A stretch of 61,599 nucleotides of DNA from Welwitschia mirabilis. Lineage: Eukaryota. The notes under the pieces are model-generated. The model saw only the letters and a program-made list of their open reading frames with translations, ran no database searches and was not told where the DNA came from. The position numbers and the translations under genes were made by a program. Of this stretch, positions 1 through 14,159 are shown one piece after another (position 1 is the first letter of the stretch; every line of letters begins with the position of its first letter). The DNA is taken from positions 21,804,157-21,865,755 of the forward strand of contig JBOZIK010000001.1 of assembly GCA_051453625.1 (NCBI GenBank), given 5' to 3'.

Positions 1-1
1 A

Positions 2-1692
2 GGTATACAAATGGACCCATCAAAAATTGATGTCATAAAAAATCTTCCATCCCCTTCTAACATAAAACAACTTAGATAATTTTTGGGACATTATGGTTTT
101 TATCATAGATTCATTAAAGGATATGCAACAATTTGTAACTCATTTTATCAACTTCTAGAAAAGGATGTTAAATATGAATGAAGTGATAACTATCAATAAG
201 CCTTTGAAAATCTTAAAATTGCCATTACCAATGAACCCATAGTAAGTGATCCAGATTGTAATAAGGACTTTGAGTTAATGTGTGATGCTAGTAATCTTAC
301 TATAGGTGGGGTGTTAGGATAAAAACATGAGAAAGGGATGAAAGTTTTTAGTTACATTAGGAAAACCCTTTCTAGTTCTCAACTCAACTACACCACTTCT
401 GAAAACGAAATGCTAGTAATTATCTTTTATCTAGATAAACTTTGACATTACCTCTTTGGTTTTCACACTTATGTGTATATAGATCATGCAACCATTAGAT
501 ATTTAATGATAAAGAAATATTCTAGTGCACACTTGATATGATGGGTACTTTTGTTATAAGAATTCAATTTGATAATAGTAGACAAGGTAGAAAAACAAAA
601 TCTTATAGGTAATAATCTTTTTAGACTTCCTTCTAATACTTCTTCTAATTTTGATCAACATATTTATGCTATCTTTCCAGATAAACAACTTTTTATGGTT
701 GAATAATTTTATGAGGTATCTTCAAAACAACCTGCTCTTTGGTATGCTGATATTGTAAATTATCTTGTCACACTTCAAACACCATCTCATTGAAATAGAA
801 ACCAATGAAAATCTTTTGGTGATTATGAATGGATTGAACCTCATCTATACAGGTGATGCAAAGATCAAATCATGCGTAAATGGATTTCCAAATGGGAGAA
901 AAAATACATTCTTCTTCTTTGTCATGATAGAGTTTGTAGAGGTCATTTTAGTGGCCAAAAGACTGCTATAAAAATCTTACATTTAGGATTCTATTAGTCC
1001 TCTGTGTTCAAGGATGCCTTTGAATTCACTAGGAAATGTGATTCTTGTCAATGATCTAGAGGTCTTACTCGAACTCATGATATGCCTCTTACATCTATCT
1101 TGGAATATGAGCCTGTTGATTGTTGGGGTATAGAATTTGTGGGATCTCTCAAAATCCTTTTGTATGGAAAATATTATATCTTAGTGGTAGTTGATTATGT
1201 AATAAAATGAGTTAAAGCTATTCCTGCACAGACTTATGATGCCAAAACTATTTACCAATTTCTTAGATCAAATATCTTCCAAAGATTTGGATTTCTTAGG
1301 ATTCTTATTTCTGACCAAGGTACTCACTTTATTAATGATTCTTAGGAAACTCTTACTTTCAGTTGAAATTGAACATAGAATAGCTAACTCTTATCATCCC
1401 TAATCAAATGGGCAAGATGAAAATGCTAATCATGAGATCAAGAAAGTACTCTTCAAACTCTGTCAAAAATCTCAGAAATCATCGAAACTTCATCTTAATG
1501 ATGTTATTTGGGCTTATTGTATGACTTGGCTTAATTCTTTAGGTTTCTCTCCTTATGAACTTGTCTACAAGAAAACATGTATGCTTCCAGTTGATGTGTG
1601 CTATAATTCTTACAGAACATTTCATCAAATTGACCTTGTTTCTCATACTGATAATCTTCAAGAAAGATTAATCTAATTGAACCACCTTGATG
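2..1692 (+). pseudogene. Degenerate Ty3/gypsy (Athila-like) pol: RT C-terminus, RNase H, integrase; runs into an N gap
   Basis: Manual translation from nt 2 gives GIQMDPSKIDVIKNLPSPSNIKQLR*FLGHYGFYHRFIK, FELMCDASNLTIGGVLG and QLNYTTSENEML (RT/RNase H). It then gives GHFSGQKTA..CDSCQ (zinc finger), WGIEFVG, ILISDQGTHF and SYHP*SNGQDENANHEIK (integrase core). Many stops and frameshifts. Confidence 0.95.
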
Positions 1693-4199
1693 NNNNNNNN
1701 NNNNNNNNNNNNNNNNNNNNNNNNNNNNNNNNNNNNNNNNNNNNNNNNNNNNNNNNNNNNNNNNNNNNNNNNNNNNNNNNNNNNNNNNNNNNNNNNNNNN
1801 NNNNNNNNNNNNNNNNNNNNNNNNNNNNNNNNNNNNNNNNNNNNNNNNNNNNNNNNNNNNNNNNNNNNNNNNNNNNNNNNNNNNNNNNNNNNNNNNNNNN
1901 NNNNNNNNNNNNNNNNNNNNNNNNNNNNNNNNNNNNNNNNNNNNNNNNNNNNNNNNNNNNNNNNNNNNNNNNNNNNNNNNNNNNNNNNNNNNNNNNNNNN
2001 NNNNNNNNNNNNNNNNNNNNNNNNNNNNNNNNNNNNNNNNNNNNNNNNNNNNNNNNNNNNNNNNNNNNNNNNNNNNNNNNNNNNNNNNNNNNNNNNNNNN
2101 NNNNNNNNNNNNNNNNNNNNNNNNNNNNNNNNNNNNNNNNNNNNNNNNNNNNNNNNNNNNNNNNNNNNNNNNNNNNNNNNNNNNNNNNNNNNNNNNNNNN
2201 NNNNNNNNNNNNNNNNNNNNNNNNNNNNNNNNNNNNNNNNNNNNNNNNNNNNNNNNNNNNNNNNNNNNNNNNNNNNNNNNNNNNNNNNNNNNNNNNNNNN
2301 NNNNNNNNNNNNNNNNNNNNNNNNNNNNNNNNNNAGTGTCCCTTGACATTCAATCTACTTCTCTAAATAAAATACCAAAAAAGGGGAAAAAAAAGAATGA
2401 AGGGAGGAGGAGGAAGAGAAAGAAATAAGAACAAAAATAAAAAAAAGCACTCAAAATTTCTATGAGTACCTTGATGAGCATCTATTCATAATTACTTACT
2501 TCTAAATCTCTTATCTTTAAGCATTATGTCATGGATATCTTTCACATTAATTAGTCTAATAATTATCCTATGTAGATCTTATTAGATTGGCATCTAGAGT
2601 ATAAAAGACTAACCTTCTTTATGTCCTTTAAATCCATTTCTTTCATAATTTCATAGTTAAATCAAAAATTCTCAAAGCTAAATTGCATTCTCTTAAAATT
2701 CTTATTGAATTTAATTCTTTAGCTAAGTCAAGTTATCTATCATGGACTCTATACATTCTATCATTCAACTACTAGCTTTGGAAATCATTATAAATAAGCT
2801 AAGGTTCAAATTTATTCATTTTAAAATTGCAATGTCCAATTTATGTCTTTATCACCTCATGACCCATTTTTATCTCAAGTTTCTATTGTGCCTAACATAA
2901 GTTAAGCTTTTTTGATATCTATTTAACTTGCTCACTTGAAATTCTAGACTTATCTTTTTCATTTGTATTGAAAGGATATGTCGTTTTGACNNNNNNNNNN
3001 NNNNNNNNNNNNNNNNNNNNNNNNNNNNNNNNNNNNNNNNNNNNNNNNNNNNNNNNNNNNNNNNNNNNNNNNNNNNNNNNNNNNNNNNNNNNNNNNNNNN
3101 NNNNNNNNNNNNNNNNNNNNNNNNNNNNNNNNNNNNNNNNNNNNNNNNNNNNNNNNNNNNNNNNNNNNNNNNNNNNNNNNNNAAAATTTTCTTGGAAATC
3201 CCCATTAGATCCTTCAAATGCCATTTTTAGCTAATTGGAGAAATTGAACCTTATCATAAGATTTCTCACAGACACTGATTCAAGATCCATAATTTATTTC
3301 CAATCTTGATCCTAATTTAATTAAAATTTTTAAGCCTATTTTCATCATATTGGCATTTGCATAATTTCTAATCGTTACATTACATTTCATGTGAATTGAA
3401 TTGAGAATTGAAATGCCTTCCATGCTTAAGGTATATCATCAAAATCTAGGCTTAATTTGAATGTGAGAAGGTTATTGTTTCATATGTCATCCACACAATA
3501 AAGGGGACAACGACTGTGAATTTTGCACTCAGATATTTAGTATGATCATGGCCATTGTCATTCCAACAAGAGTGTGAATGACACATGTGTCATTTCCATG
3601 TTGTCCCCATGACATGAGGGATGATAGCATGATAGAATTCCTATAAACTCCTTTCTCTCCCTCATTTTTACACCAAATCTTGTGTCACTCATCTCCTCTT
3701 ACTTTTCTCAAGTGCCTCATCCATCTTTTAGCTTTGGAGTTATCAATTACAAGTAATTTAGTCAAATTTCATCAAAATGAGGTAATTCTTCACTTTTCCT
3801 ATAGTTTAAAATTTTTGAATTTTTCTCATTTCACTCGTTGTATGCTGTATTAAATAATTTCTCTCCAAACCCACTTGTATTTTTGGCCAATCTATGCTTA
3901 GAACTTATGGAATTAAATTTGGTCCATTAAACTCAAAGTTATGAGTATTTTCTCATGAAATTCCATGTTTTTCATTTTTTTTTGAAATTTATTGCTCATT
4001 ATGCACTCAATTCGTGGTAGTTTTTGCCATGTTAGGTATCAAATTGATCCTTGTTTCATTAGCTACAATCTCGTTCTTACAAAAGAACATTTGGTTGCCT
4101 ATAATTTTTTCATTTTCTCTTAAATGGCACATATTTATTTTTTGTGGATTTTCATGTAGTAACATAGGTGCATCCTCTTCTCAAACTCGCATACACTCT

Positions 4200-5390
4200 G
4201 CCACTGCCTAAGCAGCAAAACAATGGGAACGAGAGGCTATTCTATAAGAGCAAAGGCATAACCTTGCTTTTGCTATTTACCAAAGGGATATGCATTTTTG
4301 AGATTACATTTAGAGACTTGAGACTAGCTTAGACCATGCACTGGAGTAGTTTGATATTTAGGAATGGTTATTACATACTCATAGCTCTTATTATGAGATG
4401 GAGATTGTTCAGTTCTATCAGAACTTCAAGGTTATCTCAGCCACCAAGGAGGATGGCTCACATTATGACCAGATCAGAGCCACTGTAGGAGGACATCACA
4501 TATATATTGAGACGTAGCATATTGCAGGCACCACAAGTCTTTCTAAATATGGAAAGAGGATTGATATTAGTGGAGGTGAGTCAGAGAGGTAAACTTATGT
4601 TATCTAGCTGTATTTACCATATTTTGCAAATGATAATCAGTGAGGGGTAACTGTGACATATTTGCCTTCTTATTACTGCATTCTTCACTGAGCCATTATC
4701 AATAACATAGCTTTAGTTCATCACGACTTGCATGCTATGATTATCCATCTTTAGATTATAGCCCATATTTAGTTGACAGATAGAATGGATTTAGCTACCT
4801 TCATCTGGCGCCGATTAAGATGGATGAGCACTTAGCTCCGATTTTCTACCATTACTTACCCCTATCTACTGAGTGCTCTCTTTCGATAATTTGCGATCCT
4901 AATTTTGGCATATACTCCTCATTTAGTACATAATATAGCTGATGATACATATTTCAGATAACTAGGAATAGAGATACCTGGTATGGCTTCACCAGCTCTA
5001 AGTGAGGCACCTACAGCACAGCCACCTCCTCATGGACAGCCTTAGGTAGCTGGAGGTATCATTATGGATTAGATTACTATATTATTATAAGGGATGGAAT
5101 ATAGGATATATTCACTACTTGATTTGTTGGAGGCACACATTTGCACTATAGAGGAGTAGAGTTGAGGTGCCATGGAGCAGAGTTGAGCTATCTTGGAGAG
5201 AGTAATCGATATTCAGTAGGATACTTTGGTGGACATCCCTGAGGTAGTTCGTGTCCATCATGATGTGACCACATCTAGCCTATGTGAGTACATCTCTCAT
5301 TTCTTTTTGGATGTTGATGAGCCTATCATTAAGCCACCTATGAAGACAGGTGGCAAGGGAGATACTGATATGGAGGTTGAGTTCTGATCC
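4200..5390 (+). pseudogene. Degenerate additional ORF downstream of pol in the Athila-like element (putative plant transposon protein / Transposase_32-like)
   Basis: One long frame with scattered stops reads EIVQFYQNFKV..QIRATVGGHHIYI..LHxAIINNI..DLATFIWRRLRW..ITYPYLLSALF. It lies between pol and the 3' LTR, as extra Athila ORFs do. Family assignment is by recalled motif similarity. Confidence 0.7.
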
Positions 5391-5766
5391 TCTCCACATA
5401 GAGAGCCATGACTATTGATGTAGTTCTAAGTATNNNNNNNNNNNNNNNNNNNNNNNNNNNNNNNNNNNNNNNNNNNNNNNNNNNNNNNNNNNNNNNNNNN
5501 NNNNNNNNNNNNNNNNNNNNNNNNNNNNNNNNNCTAAGTATTACAAAAACTGTGTTTTTTTCATGTCATTGTACTTAGGCATATGTTTTTGTTTTGTGAA
5601 ACTGGTAATCGATAATTATGTAATGATAATGACTTTTGTTTATATAAAATTGCTAGTTGTAGCTTTTGATTTCATTTTGAGGTTTTCTTTTCCCAATAAT
5701 TTAGCATCACAAGGTCCTCTTTCACTTTATTTTCAAAGAACTAACAAAACACTATATAGAAGGCTA

Positions 5767-7000
5767 TGTTACGATCACAATTTGTCATGTTTTAATGGTG
5801 TAATTGGCAATGTTTTGTAGGAAAATAGAAACTTAATTCAATCATTTTTAGGCGTTTTGTCATGAATTAATTTAATATTTTATTATAATATGAAATGCCA
5901 TATTTCCATCTAAAAGGGTATGAATTCAACCAAGAAACAAAATAGAGCAAAAAGTGGAGAAAAGACTGAAAAAATGGATGTCATCCCATGCGTCGTTCCC
6001 ATGACATAGGGCACAATCACATACAAAATTACATTCGAATGAGGCTAGCAAGGCTGATGTGGTGAGGCTGACATGGCTTGCTAATGTGACCATTATGAGC
6101 TCTGTCGTCTCCATGACATAGGAGACAACATAGCCATTATATTCAAATTCAAATACATATGGGATTCTGACATGGCGAGCTATGATTGGATGATGAAAGG
6201 ATCTCGTGTTCCTAGTTATACCCACGATGATACTAACATGATAGTGTCATAACTTCTTCCTAACTGAGTTAATTAGGGTCTAGTTTATGCCTAATGATGC
6301 CTTTTCTCCTATACTAATCTTCTTGACATGTAACCAGCTTAGGAAAGTTATAAAAACCTCCCATTTGGCATCATTTGGTCATCTTCTGACATTGGAGGAT
6401 TGGTGACAGAAAGCATCCAAGGAGTCAAGGGTCTAATTTAGCATTAAAAAGATCGTTCTTGTGTGAAGGCTATGTTTTTAACATTGAGGAGGTACTACCT
6501 TATTGAGGTATTGTAAGACATTCATTGATTTAATAAAATGTTTTTCTTCTTCTATTCTTATGATGTCTCTTATGATTTATGTTTAAATTTGATTAATACT
6601 ATTTATTATATTAATTCCTAATTAGAAATAGGTCATAAGGGATGAGTTGGATGACAATAACTCAGAAAATTAGTTATCATTGGCATGCATTTCATTTCTC
6701 TTTTATACTTTGCATTGCACATTAGAATAGTTGCATTATCAATTTCCTTTTTGCATGATAAAAATACAAAATTGATTTAAACATTGGATTAGAATCTAAA
6801 TTACATCCTTTCTCATTCATATACTTAATTATATTGTTGCCTTACACTCTCTATATTATGACATTCATTGGTTAATTCATCTAGACTAATCCTAATTGCA
6901 ATTTTCTTGTTTATAGCATTGATTACTTTTGAAGTGTAAATTTAGGCCACTAATACTTATGTATTACTTTATGAAGTCACTATGATTAGTAATATTTTAC
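5767..7000 (+). mobile_element. 3' LTR of the Athila-like element (right end approximate)
   Basis: Starts TGTTACGATCACAATTTG after an eroded purine tract. It is homologous at its start and internally to the LTR at 9398, with a TATA-like TTATAAAAACC near 6348. Confidence 0.65.
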
Positions 7001-7217
7001 TTGGGCATTTTAAGATTATAAGATTAGATTAATCCAATCTTAAGTCATTCATATTTTTATGAACTTTATTCAGAAGAAATATGCCTTGGTTATTTTATTC
7101 TCTTGCAATGGTCTAAGTAATTAGTTATTTATATGTTATTACTTTTTTCTCCTCTCATTACTTTACTTTTATACTCATAAGTACTTAATCATGTGAAATA
7201 TTTTCACTATTAAATGA

Positions 7218-7274
<57 letters not shown>
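7218..7274. repeat. Compound microsatellite (GC)4-(GA)n
   Basis: gcgcgcgcgagagaga... read directly. Confidence 0.97.
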
Positions 7275-7279
<5 letters not shown>

Positions 7280-9397
7280 GAAAATAAATAAAGGTCATAC
7301 TCCTTCATGTCTAAGGTAAAAACATGATCACCATGATGTCCTATCACAAGTGCATTGGGGTAAATTTTCCCAAGAGGGACCTTTCACAGTGTGATATGAT
7401 AGCTGTGCAAGATCCACTAGGGGGTTAGTCAACCATACTATGTGGTTTCTTACTCCTCTAATAGTGGTTGCACATCCCTCATCTTAATAGATTAAAATTT
7501 TACCTCAAGGCGATAAGATCAGTGAAGTTCCTAGTATCATCAGAGGCATTTCTTGTTTTTTAGACTCCTTTTGCAAATAGTACTTTTACATGATCATTCT
7601 ACTTTTCTGGATTCTAGTTTTATTTTAATATGTGAGATAGTAAATTCATGTTTTTATAGCTTTTTATCTTATCATTCATTATTTTATAATATTAGACATA
7701 CTTTTCATCATCATAATCATTGCCTATTTCAATGGTACTTTATGAACTTTTACATATTATGATGCATTCTTCGTTAAATGAGCTTATGATTGTTACCAAG
7801 GGAATTTGTTAGGTTAAAATTTATGATAAGTAAACAATCTTCTCTATGTTCCTAGCTGTCCATTTTTATTTTGTTTTCTTTAGATATTTTGTTAGGTTTT
7901 TCAAAGTTATTTTCATACTTTTTCAAAATAATATTATGGATTTGATCATTTAGTAGCTTCTTGCTGCTTTCACTCATAGTTTTTATCCATGAGGGTTATT
8001 GTTTCTCTTTTTGACAAGTAACGATGCTACTTTTTATGTTTTAATTCTTACTTTTTCATGCTTACTAAGTTTAGACAACTTTAAGAAGTTATTTTGAGCA
8101 TTGCTTCCTTCTACTTAGTGCATTTTCTTCTCTTTAATACCTTTTTTCCATAGGTTTCTTTCCATCATNNNNNNNNNNNNNNNNNNNNNNNNNNNNNNNN
8201 NNNNNNNNNNNNNNNNNNNNNNNNNNNNNNNNNNNNNNNNNNNNNNNNNNNNNNNNNNNNNNNNNNNNNNNNNNNNNNNNNNNNNNNNNNNNNNNNNNNN
8301 NNNNNNNNNNNNNNNNNNNNNNNNNNNNNNNNNNNNNNNNNNNNNNNNNNNNNNNNNNNNNNNNNNNNNNNNNNNNNNNNNNNNNNNNNNNNNNNNNNNN
8401 NNNNNNNNNNNNNNNNNNNNNNNNNNNNNNNNNNNNNNNNNNNNNNNNNNNNNNNNNNNNNNNNNNNNNNNNNNNNNNNNNNNNNNNNNNNNNNNNNNNN
8501 NNNNNNNNNNNNNNNNNNNNNNNNNNNNNNNNNNNNNNNNNNNNNNNNNNNNNNNNNNNNNNNNNNNNNNNNNNNNNNNNNNNNNNNNNNNNNNNNNNNN
8601 NNNNNNNNNNNNNNNNNNNNNNNNNNNNNNNNNNNNNNNNNNNNNNNNNNNNNNNNNNNNNNNNNNNNNNNNNNNNNNNNNNNNNNNNNNNNNNNNNNNN
8701 NNNNNNNNNNNNNNNNNNNNNNNNNNNNNNNNNNNNNNNNNNNNNNNNNNNNNNNNNNNNNNNNNNNNNNNNNNNNNNNNNNNNNNNNNNTTTTTTTGAG
8801 CTTCTTTTAAAGATATTGAACAAAAATGTTAAATTTAAAAGGATTATTTTTTAGCTTTATTATATATATTTATGATGAGTTGTTCGGATATGATTTCAAG
8901 TTACTTGGATAAAATTTCATGGACTTTACCTAGCAAAAGTAAAGTAGCACACTCATAGAATTTTCTTGCATCTATGTTTTAGAACATTTAAAGGGAGAAA
9001 ATGTTATGTTCACTCTTGTACTTTACCCCTTGTAGAATACATTATGAACTTGGATGAATCATTCTTTAACTTATCACTACTTATGTTTTACACATAAGTT
9101 TCAGTATCACTATCTCACATTATGCATACATTATCATTTTTTGAGCTATCATTATTACATTTTATGACTTTTTATATGTGTATGACATTCATTCATTCTA
9201 TTTTGATGGGTTTAAGAAGGGGGATCATAAATATATCAGTATTTGTATCAGTTAATTAGTTTTAATGTTTATTCCTACATGGTAAAAATTAAACTCAAAT
9301 TATAGCTTTCTAGTTGTAGCTTATCTTAATCAAATTGTCTTGTAATATAGTTAATCGCTCACTTTGTCAAGGGCTAACAAGGCTAAGTATGGGGCTA

Positions 9398-10623
9398 TGT
9401 TATGATGTCAATTTGTAGGAATTTAATGGTGTATTTTAAGTACTTTTTTGGGACATTTATATAGATTTAAATGCAATTCAAATTGTCATGAAGAACTGAT
9501 AGGATATTCACTGAAACATGCAATTCTTAGGATATTTGGAGGTATCTTAGGCTTGTTTTGATACTTCATAATTTAGAGGAAGGATTAACCATACAGAAGA
9601 TTCCCTTTGACCTAGAAGACAAAGAAGCCTATTGTCCTCTCTGTCATCTTCATGATAGGCAGGATGATAGCACTACTGACACAGATGGAATTTGTGGAGT
9701 CGACTACAGGTTCTAAAGCTGATGGACCATCTTTTGACATGAAGTATATCCCCATTATTATTTCAATGATAGTTAGTATAATAGCTATTTTATCTAGATG
9801 GAAAGTATTATCTTTGTAATGAGGTCATGTAGCTCATGTGGGTTGCTAGGGTTTCTTCTCTAACTTTTAGGGTTGAGATTCTATAACTTTAATGTGAAAC
9901 TATAAATACCCTCTTTTTTCTTCACTTCCATTTCCATCTTTTATACCATATTTTCTTGTGATAGAAGATTGAAGGACAAGAGGTCCACCCAGTAGCTATA
10001 GAGAGAAGTTTACCTTGGTGTTGGGCTAAGTATCCTCTATTGAGATGTTGCTACTTTGTTATAAGTGGATGTAAAAAATGATGATTAATTCAATTACTCT
10101 TTTCAATACTATTGTGTAAAGGTTTAAATTGATTATAGTTGGTAACAGATCTATAGTTTATTTTTATCATAATAATAACCTTTATTAAGGTTAACTTTGT
10201 TAGTCTATATCTTTCATTGTATTTCCTTTAGTCCATTTCATATTTGCATTATCCATATTCTACTTGGCATATCTTATAGTTCATGTTGGTTAGGAATAAG
10301 TAATAAACTCTTCTTAATTGATTTAAATTATAAAGAACTAATTCTTGTGATAGGAGGATTGGAATCAAAATAGAACTTGCCTCACTTACATTTCATCCAT
10401 TGCATTTCACCATCATTCATCTTGCATTTTATTTGCATTATTGTTTACTTTGTGAAATCAATTTTCTAAGTTCTAGCCTAATTCCTTTAATGGATTACAA
10501 CATTTGGGTTAATCCCTATCTATACTAGTGTGTGTTTTCTGCAAGTATAATGAATTATAAGTTTTTATTAAGAACTTAAAGATTGCATAAATTTACACCA
10601 TAAAAATTATCTTTTCATAAACA
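9398..10623 (+). mobile_element. Athila-type 3' LTR preceded by a PPT
   Basis: PPT-like AAGTATGGGGC at ~9385-9395, then TGTTATGATG; CTATAAATACCC at ~9900; ends ...CATAAACA at 10623, where the sequence switches to a different, minus-strand element. Confidence 0.75.
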
Positions 10624-10629
10624 TTTTTT

Positions 10630-13258
10630 AATGCATATAGGAGTCATTAGCTTATTACCCTAGTTAAAATTTAATCTTATCCCCATGAATGCTTGAAAAC
10701 AAATAGTTCATCCTAAGGTAGATTCCACCTTTTTATTTATTATGTGTTTTTTTTAATTTTTTTTAATTGAAGACCTTAGTAAATGCAACTTCAATAAAAT
10801 AACTCAAAATTAAGTGTCAAAAGTCATAAGTATACATAATATCAACTAAAACTTAGAAAGTTAAAATGATCCTTTATTATTAATTTAATTATTGAAGGCC
10901 ATTAACCAAGTTCATTAAGTCTCATAAACTCAAAAGTAAATGGTCAATTTACATGGTTTATCATCTTAATGGAGTTATTGGAAAATGTAATAGGTAAATG
11001 AAGAGGCTTAAGGGGATGATTAAATAAGTGATAATGCTTTTGGGTTTCCATAATAAAAACATTTTTAGATAATACCTTTTCTATTGTAAAATGACTTGAT
11101 CAATTCATGTTTTAACTATCAGTAGTTTTCTCAATGATATACTAGAAATAAGACTTAAAATAATTATGATAGTTGTGTTCAAAGTAGGAAAAATAAGAGT
11201 TAAATGGTATCATAGGATGAAGAATATTTTTATGGAAAGACTCTGCACACAAGTTCAAAAATTTAGATAAAATATGGGATGTGCAAATAGTAGAATCTAA
11301 ATGTTTAAAGTTGATAAGGCCCAACCTATGGCATTTTTATGCTTTTCTAATTATGTAAAACATCTTTCTTAAAACCAAGTTTAATAGAATCAGAAGAAAC
11401 ATATTCTACAATTAATAAGGTAATTCTAAAGCATCAAAAGAGTTGTCTTCATGGTAAATATTTGATTCAAAATTAAAGGATAAAGAACAAGGGAAAACAT
11501 TTAGCTCATAAGAAGAACATTTAAAGTTGTAAGTCTGATTAATAAAATCAACTTCATGAAGGTCACATGATAATTTCATTATGTTGAAAATATTTATGTT
11601 TATCATTATATTACAAAATGATATTTTTGTTTGACCATTTCTATAATTAATAAGAGTGTTGGCTATTACAAGGAAAGGTCTTTCTAAAATAATTAGAACT
11701 AAATTGTGTTTTATTATTTTCATTCTAAAACAATGAAGTCTATTGGAAAATGGAAATTATCTATTCAAAGTATGACATCTTCAACTATTCATAATGGTAA
11801 GTTCAAATAGTTATCAGCTAATTACTATGGGATTTTAGTATTTTTGAGATCATTTAAACTAAGTTCCTTATACATATAATAGGGTAGAGTATTATCACTT
11901 ACTCTAAGGGTTAATAAGTCATGCTTAATAATTCTATCTATAATTTTAATAACTGTTGTTGAGTAACTAGGATTTTTATATTTAGGGAAAATTTGATTTT
12001 GTATGATCACACTAGATGTTAAGCTAAGAAGGGTCTTTTCTTAACATGCATGTGTCTCTTCACTATGCACATATCCTTAAGGAATTTTACATATGAAGTT
12101 ACTTATTTAATTAATTCTAAAAGAGGCATGTTGATTTTGACTTCCCTAAAAGTATCTAAGGCCTCTAGCTATTATTCTTTGATGTTCTCCTTTCTACGTT
12201 ATTGTGAAAATGCTAAAGTCCATTAGTAAGTAGCCAAAGGTTTTTCTAAATTCTTTACTATTTTTTTTCATTGGTGTTTTTTAGAGGCTTTTTTTCTTCC
12301 TTACATGAGCTTAGTTCTATTTCTAGATTTATTTTTCTCTACTTCAAAGATAAATGAGTTTGATTTATTTAATGTAACTTAGCTCTCCTTCCTTCACCAT
12401 GTTAATTCCTCTTGGATTAGGCTAAGGACTTATGGGAAGTTTGTTAGTATCTCATTAGTTTAATGATGAAAGGATGTGAGTGGTGATTTATTAGAGTTAA
12501 TTTGATGATGATTTGTTTTTACTTATGATTCCATGAACTTTTTTAGGGTTTGCTCCAATGGATTAGATGAAGTAATTTGACAATTTAAAGATGAAGGATA
12601 AGAAGAGGAAGATGATAAAAAAGATTTTCTAAGACAATAATTTTGTTGTGCATTATTGTCTCGCTTTCAAGAGAAATTAGGATGGTTTTACCAACTAGGA
12701 TTATAAGTATTTAATAAAGGATCATTACCTATTCCTTTATTATGTTTTGCTACATTAAGATTGAAGGACACTCAACTATTTCATGCAAATCAATGTGACA
12801 AATTAGACATCCCTCTATTTCAAGCAAATCAATGTGGCAAATTCAACATCCCTATTTTGATACTATATGAGAGATGCAAGGAATTAATTTTTTTAAAGGC
12901 TTATTTATTTAATTACCTATAACAAACTTTTCTACAAATTTAGAAACACTAGCAAACCTAAGTAAATGATAAGGTTAGGAAGATTCGAATGGTTTTTCCT
13001 AGTTTGTCAAACTCTCAACTATGGATTCTAGGTATTTCCAAGCATCATTTAGCTCTATTTTCAAGAAGCTTATATGAGTTATCATTTTAACTAATTGTCT
13101 CTTATTTGATGATAACCCCTCATAGAAAAAACTACTTATATGGTTAAGCTTAAAACCATGTTGCAAGAATTTATGCAATAAATTCTTATCATTTCTAAAA
13201 TTTGTGAAAATTTTTTATGGTCTTTCTATTAGTAGTTTATTATCTCTTTTTTAAAACA
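10630..13258 (-). pseudogene. Athila-like gag-protease region, copy A, with 3' non-coding tail
   Basis: Minus-strand translation gives TYNPSW*NHPNFS (~12690), PKYKNPS, an eroded protease motif DLLTLRVSDNTLP, and IILERPFL. It is homologous to 18250-20600. Confidence 0.85.
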
Positions 13259-13259
13259 T

Positions 13260-14155
13260 GATGTAAAACATATTTCTTATAAGGAGGTTCAATAGGACTA
13301 AAAGAAACATGTTCTACAATTTTGCATTAAAAGAGTTGTCTTCATGGTTAACATTGATTCAAAATCAAAGGATGAAAAAAAGGGGAAGACATTTAGCTCA
13401 TAAGGGGAATATTTAGAGTTATAAATCGCATTCAAAAATAAACTTCATGAAGATCTCCTGATAAATTCTTTGATTAAAAATATGCAAGTTCACTGTTATA
13501 TTACTGGATAATATTCTCATCTCACTATTTCTACAATTCATAAGAGCATTAAATATTGTAAGGAAAGATATTCCTAGAATGATTGGAATTGAATTGTGTT
13601 TCATTTTTTCCATTTATAAAACAATGAAATCTACTAGAAAATAGCAACTATCTACTAAAAATATCACATCTTTAACTATTCCTAATGGTGAGTTCAAAGA
13701 ATTATCAAGTAATTGAAATTGGACTTTATTATTTTTAAGATTTTTTATACTAAGTTCCTTGTACACATAATAGGGTAGAACATNNNNNNNNNNNNNNNNN
13801 NNNNNNNNNNNNNNNNNNNNNNNNNNNNNNNNNNNNNNNNNNNNNNNNNNNNNNNNNNNNNNNNNNNNNNNNNNNNNNNNNNNTTTATACTAAGTTCCTT
13901 GTACACATAATAGGGTAGAACATTAATATACACTCTAAGGTCCAACAAGGCTTGCTTAATGTTTTTGTCTCTAATTGTAATAATATTATTAGGCAATTAG
14001 AATCTTTATATTTAGGCAGAATTTTATTTTATATGATTGCCCTAGTATGTTAAGCTAAAAATGACATTTTCTTAGCATGCATGTATCTCTTCACTATTCA
14101 CATATCTTAATAAATTTGGCTTATGAGGATACTTATTTAATTCATTCTAAAATAG
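13260..14155 (-). pseudogene. Athila-like protease region, partial copy B
   Basis: ALLDLRVYINVLP (aspartic protease motif) and PIILGISFL; colinear with 11350-12130. Confidence 0.85.
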
Positions 14156-14159
14156 ATCA

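Noticed and set aside
13743..13923. Identical ~40-bp sequence on both sides of a 100-N gap
   Set aside because: Typical unmerged contig overlap; the protease reads through if it is collapsed.
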